Made by a program: the position numbers and the translations under genes. From Candidatus Brocadiaceae bacterium (GTDB lineage: Bacteria > Planctomycetota > Brocadiia > SM23-32), in assembly GCA_003551305.1 (NCBI GenBank), contig PUMJ01000050.1, positions 12,073-76,072 of the forward strand: a stretch of 64,000 nucleotides of DNA. The letters run 5' to 3'. Each line of letters starts with the position of its first letter. The stretch's first letter is position 1. Positions 28,300 through 38,014 of this stretch are shown one piece after another. The notes under the pieces were generated by a model. The model was not told the origin of the DNA. It was given only the letters and a program-made list of their open reading frames with translations, and did no database searches.

Positions 28300-29499
28300 C
28301 TATTGCGCAGCCCAGGAGATCGAGAGCACGTGGACCCCCCGTCCCGACATCTGCCGCACGCACTTGCGCTCCAGAACCCCCGAGCGCACGACGTCGGAGA
28401 CGAGCAACGCAGACTGGCCGGCCTGAACCGCGGCGTCCAGGACCGGCTCGACGTGGCGATCATCCGGCCCGCCGGGCCTCGCCCGGAACAGGTCCCGGCA
28501 GGGCACGCCGAGCAGCCGGGCCACTTGCCGCGCCAGGGGCCGGCAGTCGCTATGCCTGTCAGCCGGCGGGTGCGTTACGAAGTCGAACGTGCCGAGTTCG
28601 GCCCGCTCATCCAGCAGGCGGACGGTGTCGGCGGCCATCTGCAGGCCAAATTCGTCATCAAGCCCCCGTGACCACTTGCCGAACGAACTTCGCTCCGCCT
28701 CGCTTAGCGCGTCCCACTGCCGCGCCGCGAAGGCCCCGAGGGTCACCCGCGGCACGTGGCAGTAGCGTTCATTCTCGGCAAACGAGCCGGAGAACTCCCA
28801 GGCGAGCGTGGACTCGCGGGCGGCTTTCATGGTCTCCCGCAGAGGTTCGACTTCCGGCCGGTAGGGCGTGTAGCTGACCACGACCTTCAGCGCCGCCGCG
28901 TGTTCGCCCCGCGATGGGTCCTGCCGGAACGCCTCGATCTCAGCCTCCAGCGACGAGGCCACCGAGCGCGCCTCGCCCTCGTCGGCATCCGGCAGGGCAA
29001 CCATGAACTCCCCGGGCCCGATGCGCCCGACGGCGTATCCGCCACCCAGCCGGGTGCGCAGAAGGCGCGCAACGTGCTTGACCAGCGCGTCGCCGACCGC
29101 GTAGCCGTACTCGTGGTTGAGCTTGTTCAGGTTCATCAGGGCCACATTCACCAGCCATGCCCGCCGGCCGACGTCGCCCGACTCCATGCGCCACTGGTCA
29201 AGCTCGCAGATAATGCCACTGCGGTTGGGCAGCCCCGTCAGGTCGTCAATCATCCCGTCTCTGTCCTCCAGCAGGCGGCGCGCTCGCCAATGGCCCTGCG
29301 CCGCCAGCACCGAAACGGGTACTGACAGGACGAATCCGCCCCAGATGCCGATGCGCATCAACGGGCCCGCACCGCTCCTGAGGGCGGACAGGGCCATCAA
29401 AAACAGGAATCCGCTGAGCGCCAGCGTAACGAACAATATGCGCCGGCTGGACCGGCGCATCCTTGCGCCCGCGCCGTCCGCCTGCACGGCCACATCCAT
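28300..29499 (-). CDS. Membrane protein: 2 TM + degenerate GGDEF (GPGEF) domain + C-terminal ComF-like phosphoribosyltransferase domain
   Basis: RIGPGEFMVALPD is the GGDEF-core position. C-terminal ALLVSDVVRSGVL is a type I PRTase PRPP-loop-like signature. Start MDV follows GGAGGAGGGAAG. Confidence 0.7.
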   Translation of the reverse strand: MDVAVQADGAGARMRRSSRRILFVTLALSGFLFLMALSALRSGAGPLMRIGIWGGFVLSVPVSVLAAQGHWRARRLLEDRDGMIDDLTGLPNRSGIICELDQWRMESGDVGRRAWLVNVALMNLNKLNHEYGYAVGDALVKHVARLLRTRLGGGYAVGRIGPGEFMVALPDADEGEARSVASSLEAEIEAFRQDPSRGEHAAALKVVVSYTPYRPEVEPLRETMKAARESTLAWEFSGSFAENERYCHVPRVTLGAFAARQWDALSEAERSSFGKWSRGLDDEFGLQMAADTVRLLDERAELGTFDFVTHPPADRHSDCRPLARQVARLLGVPCRDLFRARPGGPDDRHVEPVLDAAVQAGQSALLVSDVVRSGVLERKCVRQMSGRGVHVLSISWAAQ

Positions 29500-30083
29500 A
29501 CTTCCCTCCTCCCTCCGCCACGTGCCGGCAGCGCCCCGGCGCCCCCCGTCCGCTGGGTCGCCGGCGTTTCCCGAACCTGCACTCGCTTCGTGGCTGATGC
29601 ACCAGCTCACCGCAAGCCCGAAACGGCATGGCCCCGGTGGGCTCCGTCACACCGCAAATATTACGAAAAATCGCGCCCCATTTGCAAGACATTGCGCGCG
29701 GTGGCCCTATTCAGGGAGCCGGGCCACCGGGTGCGGCCTGCTATCTTGCCGGTTACAGGAGATCGGTCCACCCCCTGATTTCTCAGGGCAGGTCGCTCGC
29801 CGGAGTGGGCGGGATTGCGAGCGCAAGGGCCAGGGTAACCACAACGACCACCACGAGGACGGGCTTCCTTCGTCCGACAGGAGGCGAACTTCGGCGCCGG
29901 GGCGACGAGGGGACCGTCCGGACGCGTCGGCGGCTAACTTCGCTATCGGAGCGGAAGACGACTCGGCGCGAACATGGCGACAGGGCCAGGGCCGGCCAAC
30001 AGCCGGTCGCTGTCGGGCACATTCTCCCCAAAGAGGCAGGCGCACATGCGCAGCGGCGCACCCTGCACTTCTACCGCGAGGCG

Positions 30084-30092
30084 TGCTATAGT
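30084..30092 (+). promoter_or_regulatory. Extended -10 element (TGcTATAGT) upstream of the membrane protein gene
   Basis: TATAGT at 30087-30092 with an upstream TG. Lies about 60 nt upstream of the candidate GTG start. Confidence 0.3.
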
Positions 30093-30149
30093 GGGTGGTC
30101 TGGCCCGCACGGGTCGGACCGCAATCCGCTCCCTACCCCACTGGCCGTC

Positions 30150-31493
30150 GTGGATTCCATTCAACGTCGCTATCTGAGGTTTTACTGGCCCCTGGCCCTG
30201 ATGGGCGTGGTGTTGCTGACGGGTCGGCTGGCGCAGAACTTCGTGCTCCTGCATTACGAGGCCGGGGTGGAGGAGCTGGCCGTATATGCCCTGGCGCTGG
30301 CCGTGTTCGGGCCCTTCCGCGCCGCGCTGATATTCGTCTCCCAGATGACCAACGTGCTGGTGCGCGGGCCGAAGTCCTTCCGGCACAGCCTGCGGTTCGT
30401 GACCGGCATTTCGCTGGTGCTGACCCTTCCCATAGCGCTGCTGGCCTGGACCCCGCTGGGCCCGATGCTGCTGCCCTTCATCTACGACGTGCCGCCGGCA
30501 CGCATAGCGCGCATAGTGCTTTACATGCGGTTTTTCACGCCGCTGATCCTGCTGGAAGGGCTCAGTCGCTTCGGGGAAGGGCTGCTGGTGCAGGCGCACC
30601 GCACGGCAACCGTCACGGTGATGCACGCGCTCGAACTGGCGCTCCTGGCGGGGGTGCTGGCAACCGGTATGTGGCACGGCTGGGACCCCGTGCTCACCAT
30701 CAGCCTGTCGCTCATTCTGCCGCGCGTCCTCTACCTGGTCCTGGCCGCCGGGCTGGCGGCTCTCTTCCATCACCACCGGCATCCGGAAGAGGACAGCGCA
30801 CTGAGCCTGCGGGAGATGCTGGCCTTCTTTCTGCCCATGGCCGGCACGTCCATCCTTTTCTCCCTGACGCGGCCCATCATCTACGGATTCGTCACAGCGC
30901 TGAACCCCACGGGTGACCCTGCGCTCCCCAACGTGGACGTCATCGTTGCCGTCGTCAGCCTGGCCTCCACCTTCGAGGCCATCTTCCTGGGCGCCGTCAA
31001 CCAGTTCCGCCACCTGATGGTGACGTTCGGGCGGGACGAGCTGGCGCAACTGCGGCGCTTCATGGTGCGGACGACGGCCGTTATCACGGGCCTGATGCTG
31101 GTGGTGGTGGCCACCCCCCTGGCCGAACTGTTCTTCCGCTACCTGCAGGGCGCCACGGGGGAGACGCTCCGCATGGTGCGGCAGGCCGTCTGGGTCACGC
31201 TCGTGGTGCCGGGGGCCATCTGCTGGCGCAACTACTACCACGGGCAGGTCATGGTGCATCGCCGCACGGGCGGCATGCTGGTGGGCGCCCTTATGCGCGA
31301 CCTGTCGGTGCTGGTCGGCGCGGCGGCGCTCTCGGCCGTCGGCCTCTACAACCACGTCACGGCCACGGCCATGCTCCCCCTGGCCTTCAGTTCCGAGGCC
31401 GCTACGGTCATGCTCCTCACCCGCTCCTGGCTGCGGGCCGCCGGCCAGCCCGGCCGGGACCGCCAGCCGGAGGCCGAGCCCGCCCCCGATTGA
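30150..31493 (+). CDS. Multi-pass membrane protein, MOP-superfamily (MATE/Wzx-like flippase) candidate
   Basis: About 12 TM helices. Start assigned to GTG 30150 after the -10 element; the frame is open upstream, so the start is uncertain. Confidence 0.45.
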   Translation: MDSIQRRYLRFYWPLALMGVVLLTGRLAQNFVLLHYEAGVEELAVYALALAVFGPFRAALIFVSQMTNVLVRGPKSFRHSLRFVTGISLVLTLPIALLAWTPLGPMLLPFIYDVPPARIARIVLYMRFFTPLILLEGLSRFGEGLLVQAHRTATVTVMHALELALLAGVLATGMWHGWDPVLTISLSLILPRVLYLVLAAGLAALFHHHRHPEEDSALSLREMLAFFLPMAGTSILFSLTRPIIYGFVTALNPTGDPALPNVDVIVAVVSLASTFEAIFLGAVNQFRHLMVTFGRDELAQLRRFMVRTTAVITGLMLVVVATPLAELFFRYLQGATGETLRMVRQAVWVTLVVPGAICWRNYYHGQVMVHRRTGGMLVGALMRDLSVLVGAAALSAVGLYNHVTATAMLPLAFSSEAATVMLLTRSWLRAAGQPGRDRQPEAEPAPD

Positions 31494-31656
31494 CCCTCCG
31501 CCGCCGAGCGGACATGCATACCCGCTCATGCTGTCGCCGTCATACCGCTCCGTTCCGACTCACCTTATGCTCGCGGTGCCTGTTGTGGTTAGATTCGGCG
31601 GGCCGGTTGTCTTATCATGACGGCAGGCAAGGCGAAAGGACACGTGAGGTGCCCGC

Positions 31657-33531
31657 ATGGCGGTCGAGGTCTCAGATCAACTGCGCCGGAAGATAGACCG
31701 GCTGCCCCGCAAACCGGGCGTCTACCTGATGAAGGACGTCCGCAAGGAGGTCATCTACGTCGGCAAGGCGAAGGACCTCCGCGCCCGGGTGCGCAGCTAC
31801 TTCCAGGAAGGCCGCCAGGAGTGGCGGCTCATCTCCGAGCGCATCGAACAGGTGCGGGACGTGGACGTGGTGGTGACCGCCTCCGAGAAGGAAGCGCTGC
31901 TGCTGGAGAGCAACTTCATCAAGCAGTTCCGCCCCCGTTACAACGTCAACTTCCGCGACGATAAGAGCTTTGTCAGCATCAAGATAGACCGCACCGAGCC
32001 CTGGCCGCGCCCTGTGGTCACCCGCCGGCTGGAGGACGAGGATGCGCTCTACTTCGGCCCGTACGCCAGCGCCCGCGCCGCCCGCAAGACGCTGAAGGTG
32101 CTGCAGGACGTCTTCCCGCTGCGCCGCTGCAGCATCCGCCAGTGCCGCGAGCGCCGGCGCCCCTGCCTCTACGGTGAGATGGGCAAGTGCGCCGCCCCCT
32201 GCTGTTCGGACATCTCCCGCGAGGAATACGACCGCATCATTGACCAGGTGGTGATGTTCCTGAAGGGCCGGGCCGACGAGCTGCTGGATGAACTGCGGCG
32301 GCAGATGGAGGCGGCCGCCCGGGAGTTGAACTTCGAGAAAGCCGCCAACATCCGCGACCGCATCAGGGCCGTCGAGGAGACCCTGGAGGCCCAGCACGTG
32401 GCGGACTCCGCCGCCGACGCGGACCGCGACGTCTTCGGCATCTGCACGCTGGACAGATACGTCTCCATCGCCGTGCTGTTCGTGCGGGACGGCAACGTGC
32501 GGGACGTGGCCACCTATCGCTTCCCGGCCGAGCTGGACAGCGAGGAGGCGATTTTCGGCTCCTTTCTGAACCAGTTCTACGCCGCCAACCGCTTCGTGCC
32601 TGAGCAGGTGCTGGTGCCCGTGGAGACGCCCGATGCCGGGGTGCTGGAGTCCTGGCTCGGCGAGAAGAAGGGCCGGCGCGTGCGCATCCTGCACCCCCAG
32701 AGAGGCGCCAAGCGGCGGCTGATCGAACTGGCCAACCGCAACGCCCGCCAGGCGGAGCGGACGGCCACCTCCGCCGAGGAAAGGCGCCGCCTCCAGATGG
32801 AGTCCCTGCAGCGCATCCTGGACCTGACCGAGCTGCCCCGCACCATCGAGTGCTTCGACATCTCCACCACCCAGGGCCGCGAGGCCGTCGGCTCGATGGT
32901 CGTCTTCCGGGACGGCGAACCGGACAAGTCCTCCTACCGCCGCTACCGCATCCGCGACATCGAAGGGCAGGACGACTTCGCCATGATGGAGCAGGTGCTG
33001 CGCCGCCGCTACGGGCGGCTGGTCGAGCAGGACGCCGACCCCCCCGAACTCGTCCTCGTAGACGGGGGCAGGGGGCAGTTGGGCGTGGCACTGCGGGTGC
33101 TGCGCGAGCTGGGGGTTGAGGCCCCGGACGTGGCGGCCCTGGCGAAGGCCCGTGCGGCCGGGGGACGGCAGGTGCGCGCCGAACGTGTCTTCCAGCCATC
33201 GGAGGACCGGCTCGGCGTGCGCGAAGCCCCCGTCGAGGTGCCAGAGGACAGCTACGGGTTCCGTCTGATCACGCGCGTGCGGGACGAGGCCCACCGCTTC
33301 GCCGTGCAGTACCACCGCCGTCTGCGGCGCAAGGCTTCGATGGAGTCCCCCCTGATAGAGGTCCCGGGCATCGGCAAGCAGAAAGCGCGCCGCCTGATGG
33401 ACCACTTCGGCGGGCTCAATAAGGTCCGCCGGGCCACCGTCGAGGAGCTGAAGGCCGTCCCGGGCATCTCCGATGCCCTGGCCGCCGCCATCATCAAGCA
33501 CTTCCGCCCTGAAAGCGGCGACGCGGATTGA
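31657..33531 (+). CDS. uvrC: Excinuclease ABC subunit C
   Basis: N-terminal GIY-YIG (GVYLMKDVRKEVIYVGKAKDLR), UvrBC-interaction region, RNaseH-like domain and C-terminal HhH. Confidence 0.95.
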   Translation: MAVEVSDQLRRKIDRLPRKPGVYLMKDVRKEVIYVGKAKDLRARVRSYFQEGRQEWRLISERIEQVRDVDVVVTASEKEALLLESNFIKQFRPRYNVNFRDDKSFVSIKIDRTEPWPRPVVTRRLEDEDALYFGPYASARAARKTLKVLQDVFPLRRCSIRQCRERRRPCLYGEMGKCAAPCCSDISREEYDRIIDQVVMFLKGRADELLDELRRQMEAAARELNFEKAANIRDRIRAVEETLEAQHVADSAADADRDVFGICTLDRYVSIAVLFVRDGNVRDVATYRFPAELDSEEAIFGSFLNQFYAANRFVPEQVLVPVETPDAGVLESWLGEKKGRRVRILHPQRGAKRRLIELANRNARQAERTATSAEERRRLQMESLQRILDLTELPRTIECFDISTTQGREAVGSMVVFRDGEPDKSSYRRYRIRDIEGQDDFAMMEQVLRRRYGRLVEQDADPPELVLVDGGRGQLGVALRVLRELGVEAPDVAALAKARAAGGRQVRAERVFQPSEDRLGVREAPVEVPEDSYGFRLITRVRDEAHRFAVQYHRRLRRKASMESPLIEVPGIGKQKARRLMDHFGGLNKVRRATVEELKAVPGISDALAAAIIKHFRPESGDAD

Positions 33532-33641
33532 GGGAACAGCGCAGCCAACCCTTTCGCGCCTCGCCCGCGCCGGGCCCCACGAGGTCCGCTTGTGAGCGGA
33601 GGCGCCGGCGAGCAACGAATCACAAGCAACGAGCAACGATC

Positions 33642-34133
33642 TCACGCTCCGGCCGGCCGCCGCACGATGCCCACGCCGCTGCACAGGGCGAACAGGAAGG
33701 GCGCCAGGGCGGTGGTGAAGAGCGCCTGCCCCGCCGCAAGCGGCACCAGGTCCGAGAGGCGCGCCCGGGTTACGGCGGCGGTCCCCCCGGCCCACAGCAA
33801 GCCGACGGCCAGAGTGTAGGCGAACGTCAGCAGCAGGTCGGTCCAGGGTGACTCCCGCACCAGGCGCGTCTTCAGGTGCCAGAGCAGCGCCGTGACCGGC
33901 ACCATCGCCAGCGGGGCGGCCCCCAGCGCCCCGGCCGAGCCGAAGTCGCGCAGCAGCCCCACGATGAAGACCCCCCAGAGCGCCGTGCGGAGGTCCCCAT
34001 CGAGCGTCAGGAACGCCGCCGCGGCCAGCAGCAGGTCCGGCCGCAGGAAGCGGTAGCTGAACCGGTGCATGACCGTCGCCTGCAGCAGATAGAGCGCGAC
34101 GACGCACAGGGCGAAACGTCCTTTGCGCAGCAT
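33642..34133 (-). CDS. Small polytopic membrane protein (MreD-like)
   Basis: About 160 aa with 4-5 hydrophobic helices. Start taken at MLRKGRF (34133). No mreB or mreC nearby. Confidence 0.35.
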   Translation of the reverse strand: MLRKGRFALCVVALYLLQATVMHRFSYRFLRPDLLLAAAAFLTLDGDLRTALWGVFIVGLLRDFGSAGALGAAPLAMVPVTALLWHLKTRLVRESPWTDLLLTFAYTLAVGLLWAGGTAAVTRARLSDLVPLAAGQALFTTALAPFLFALCSGVGIVRRPAGA

Positions 34134-34515
34134 GGGAGGGTCTCCGGCTGAACCGGGGTCGATTCTCCCACAAGCCGCCGCCCCGCTGCAAGGCGCCCGG
34201 GCGTCTTTGCCAGGACATCGCACCCAGCCCCTGGCAGTGCTGAGCACGGCGTTCAGCTCTCAGCGCCTGGCGCAAGCAACCGGCAGCCGCTTTTCGTCTT
34301 GTCTCTTGATTCAAGCCGCGGAACGAATACCATAGGTTTCGGCCAGCGGAAGGTGCCTTACGCCCGATATGTCCGCTGCCGTCTCGTTTGGGCGGCGACG
34401 ACCGGTATGGACGTGCTGCGCAAGCCGCTTCCTGCGAAACGAACCCACTTCGGGGTCGGCCTGACCCGAACTCAACCGGGGACACTGCGACGCCAGAGCG
34501 ACAGAAGGGACCAAC

Positions 34516-37179
34516 ATGACAAGCCGGCAGAGAGACGGCGCCGGGGCGCCGATGCAACTGCGATGTGAATACCTGACCGACCCCCTGGGCATCGAGGAGC
34601 GCGTGCCGCGCCTGTCGTGGGTTGTCAACGACGAGCGCCGGGGCGCCATCCAGACCGCTTACCAGATCCTGGTGGCCGCCTCCCGGGAGTCCCTGGCCGC
34701 CGGAGACGCCGACGTTTGGGACAGTGGCCGGGTCGAGTCCGACCGCTGTGCCCACGTCGAGTACGACGGACCGGTGCGCGAGTCCCGCCGCCGCTACTGG
34801 TGGAAGGTGCGCACCTGGGACGCCGAAGGCGCCGCTTCCCCCTGGAGCGAGCCCGCCTGGTGGGAAATGGGGCTGCTGGAGCCGGCCGACTGGACGGCCG
34901 AGTGGATAGGGATGCGGGACGAGCGCCGCCCCCAGCCTGCCACTTACCTGCGGCGCGAATTCCGCCTGGAGCGCCCCGTGCGGCGCGCGCGGCTCTATGC
35001 CACCGCGCTCGGCCTCTACCTGCTTCGCCTGAACGGCCGGGCGGTCAGCGATGACGTCCTGGCGCCGGGCTGGACCGACTACCGTAAGAGAGTGATGTAC
35101 CAGACCTATGACGTGACGGACATGCTGCAGGACGGCGCGAACGCGCTGGGTGCCGTGCTGGGAGAAGGCTGGTACTGCGGCCAGATAGGGTGGGGCCAGG
35201 GGGAGGACCAGTTCGGTGAGCATCCCCCGCGCCTGCTGGCGCAACTGGAGGTGGAGTTTGAGGACGGCGTCACCCAGCGGGTGACCACCGACGGCACATG
35301 GCGCTGCGGCGAAGGCCCCATCCGCCGCTCCCAGTTCTACGACGGGGAGCGCTACGACGCACGCCGCGAGATGCCCGGCTGGGACCGGGCGGGTTTCGAC
35401 GACGCCGACTGGCAGCCGGCCGAGACCTTCGAGGACGCCGGCGCCGAGCGCAACGCCCGGCAGCACCCGCCCATCCGCGTCACCGAGGAACTGCGCCCTG
35501 TGGGCGTAGAGGAGATTGAGCCGGGCAAGTACGTCTTCGACATGGGTCAGAACCTGGTCGGCTTCTGCCGCCTGCGCGTGAGGGGGCCGGCCGGCACGGA
35601 GGTGACGCTGCGCCACGCCGAGGTGCTCAACGACGACGGCACCCTCTACACGGAGAACCTGCGCAAGGCGAAGGCCACCGACACCTACGTGCTGCGGGGC
35701 GGGGAGGAGGAGACTTTCACGCCGCACTTCACCTACCACGGGTTCCGCTACGTCGAGGTGACCGGCTACCCGGGCACGCCCGACGAGGACGACCTGACAG
35801 GCCTGGTTGTGCACAACGACTGCGCGCCGGCCGGCCGCATCGAGACGTCTTCCGAGATGGTCAACCGCCTGCAGCGCAACATCGTGTGGGGGCAGCGCGG
35901 CAACATGCACAGCGTGCTGACCGACTGCCCGCAGCGCGACGAGCGGCTGGGCTGGATGGGTGATGCGCAGATGTTCGCGCCCACGGCCTGCTACAACATG
36001 GACATGGCGGCGATGCTGACGAAGTTCGCCCGCGACATGATGGACGAGCAGACCCCCGAGGGCGCCTTCCCCGACGTCTGCCCCTACCTGAGCCCGAAGG
36101 GCCTGCTGCCCCCGGCCGGCGCCCCCGCCTGGATGGACGCCGGCGTCATCGTGCCCTGGACCGTTTACCAGTTCTACGGCGACCGGCGCATCCTGGAGCG
36201 GCACTTCGAGAGCATGTGCCGCTACGTGGACTACGTCAGCGGCGAGAACCCGGAGGGCATCTGGGAGAACGCGCGCGGCAACGACTACGGCGACTGGGTG
36301 CCGGCGGGCGAGCAGACGGACAAGACGATGTTCGCCACGCTGAACCACTTCTACTCCACCACGCTCACCGCGCGGACGGCCCGGGTGCTGGGCCGCGAGG
36401 AGGCCGGCGAGAAATACGAGGCCCGCGCGCGGGCGGTGCGCGACGCGTTCAACGAGCGCTACCTGCGCGAGGACGGAACCTACGAGAACGCCACCCAGAC
36501 CGTCTGCGCCCTGGCCCTTGCGTGGGGCGTTGCGCCGGAGGAGCACCGCGCGTCCGTGGCCGACGACCTGGTGGCCAACATCGAGGGGCGGGGCGGGCAC
36601 CTGTCCACCGGTTTCGGCGGCACGCAATGGCTGCTGCCGGCCCTGTGCGGGACGGGGCACGAGGACGTGGCCGTGCGCCTCCTTCTGCAGCGCGAGCAGC
36701 CCTCCTGGGGCTACATGATCGAGAAGGACGCCACCACCATCTGGGAACTGTGGGACAGCGACACCGCCGGGCCGAGCATGAACTCGCGCAACCACTTCGC
36801 CTACGGCTCGGTGGGACAGTGGCTGTTCGGCTGGCTGGCCGGCATCCGCACCGAGGCCGACGACTGGGCGCAGTTCAGCGTCACGCCGTGCCCCGCCCCT
36901 GCCGGGGGCGAACTGACCCGCGTTAGGGCGACCTATGCCTCCATCCGGGGCGAGATAGTGACCGAGTGGCAGGTGAACGACGAGGGACTGGAAGTGACGG
37001 TGCGTGTGCCGGCCAACAGCCGGGCGACGCTCAGTCTGCCCGCGTCCGACCCCGAAGCGGTTACCGAGAGCGGCCGGCCAGCGGCCGACGCGGAGGGCAT
37101 AAGCGCCGTTCGAGCAGAAGACGGGCGCGTCATATATGGTCTATCCGCAGGCACTTACATGTTCACTGTGCGGGAGTAA
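34516..37179 (+). CDS. Alpha-L-rhamnosidase (GH78)
   Basis: GH78 N-terminal motif (LRCEYLTDPLGIEERVPRLSWV) and an (alpha/alpha)6 catalytic domain; 887 aa. Confidence 0.9.
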   Translation: MTSRQRDGAGAPMQLRCEYLTDPLGIEERVPRLSWVVNDERRGAIQTAYQILVAASRESLAAGDADVWDSGRVESDRCAHVEYDGPVRESRRRYWWKVRTWDAEGAASPWSEPAWWEMGLLEPADWTAEWIGMRDERRPQPATYLRREFRLERPVRRARLYATALGLYLLRLNGRAVSDDVLAPGWTDYRKRVMYQTYDVTDMLQDGANALGAVLGEGWYCGQIGWGQGEDQFGEHPPRLLAQLEVEFEDGVTQRVTTDGTWRCGEGPIRRSQFYDGERYDARREMPGWDRAGFDDADWQPAETFEDAGAERNARQHPPIRVTEELRPVGVEEIEPGKYVFDMGQNLVGFCRLRVRGPAGTEVTLRHAEVLNDDGTLYTENLRKAKATDTYVLRGGEEETFTPHFTYHGFRYVEVTGYPGTPDEDDLTGLVVHNDCAPAGRIETSSEMVNRLQRNIVWGQRGNMHSVLTDCPQRDERLGWMGDAQMFAPTACYNMDMAAMLTKFARDMMDEQTPEGAFPDVCPYLSPKGLLPPAGAPAWMDAGVIVPWTVYQFYGDRRILERHFESMCRYVDYVSGENPEGIWENARGNDYGDWVPAGEQTDKTMFATLNHFYSTTLTARTARVLGREEAGEKYEARARAVRDAFNERYLREDGTYENATQTVCALALAWGVAPEEHRASVADDLVANIEGRGGHLSTGFGGTQWLLPALCGTGHEDVAVRLLLQREQPSWGYMIEKDATTIWELWDSDTAGPSMNSRNHFAYGSVGQWLFGWLAGIRTEADDWAQFSVTPCPAPAGGELTRVRATYASIRGEIVTEWQVNDEGLEVTVRVPANSRATLSLPASDPEAVTESGRPAADAEGISAVRAEDGRVIYGLSAGTYMFTVRE

Positions 37180-37456
37180 GGGCGAGCAGCGGCGGACTGC
37201 CGGGCGCGTGGGCCCCAGCCGCCCCGCCCCGGGCGAGTAAGCCCCGGCTTAGGAAGTGTGGCACATCCGTTCCCCGGATGCCGAACTGGGAATGGCGCGC
37301 GACGGCCCGGCTTCGCGTCCATCGTATCCCGCCGTGCGAACGGGGGGACAAGGGTCGCGATCAGCCGACCGGAGGCGCTCCAGGTTGCGCGGCCGCGCCC
37401 CGCATGATATAAAGGTTTGCAGGAACCTACCTTGAACGCAGGGACATGCCTTCCTC

Positions 37457-38014
37457 ATGAACTGGAAGAAGCACATCATCATCTTCCTGGTTGTTTTCCT
37501 GCTCGGCGGCCTGCTGATGCGGCCGGGCGGGTGCGCGCCGGCCGGCGTCGGGCACCCCGAGGACGCGGTGTTTGTGGAACTGAGCGTGCCGGAAGCGCCC
37601 CGCGTCGAACACCAGGCCGCCGTCTCCTACACCATCCGGGCCGAAGTGGCCGACACGCCCGAGAAGCGGCAGCAGGGGCTGACCGGTCGGCGAGGACTGG
37701 AGCCCGGCTACGGGATGCTCTTCGTCTATCCCGAACCGTCCGAGCCCCGGATGAGCCAGGCAGAGACGCCCTTCCCCCTCTCGGTGGCCTTTGTGACCGA
37801 GGACGGCGAGATCATCGGCATCAGGGACACCGAGCCGAACGACTCGACCATCTTCACGCCGCCTGAGCCGGTTCCCTACGTGCTGCAGGTGCGGGGGGGC
37901 TGGTTCGCGGACAGGGGGCTGGAGGAGGGCGACCGGCTCGAAATCGGCGGGCTCCCCGAAGAGCGCCCGGCCGGCCCCGAGGGTGAAGCGCCCGAACAGC
38001 CCCTCACCGGGTGA
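37457..38014 (+). CDS. DUF192 (COG1430) family protein, secreted
   Basis: Signal/TM N-terminus. Motifs ...RQQGLTGRR..GYGMLFVY...FPLSVAFVTEDGEIIGI...YVLQVRGGW match DUF192. Confidence 0.65.
   Translation: MNWKKHIIIFLVVFLLGGLLMRPGGCAPAGVGHPEDAVFVELSVPEAPRVEHQAAVSYTIRAEVADTPEKRQQGLTGRRGLEPGYGMLFVYPEPSEPRMSQAETPFPLSVAFVTEDGEIIGIRDTEPNDSTIFTPPEPVPYVLQVRGGWFADRGLEEGDRLEIGGLPEERPAGPEGEAPEQPLTG

Noticed and set aside
31672-36795. 1707-aa minus-strand ORF, the longest in the track.
   Set aside because: It lies antisense to uvrC and the GH78 rhamnosidase and spans an intergenic region. Its translation is Gly/Ala/Arg/Pro-rich with no domain signal.
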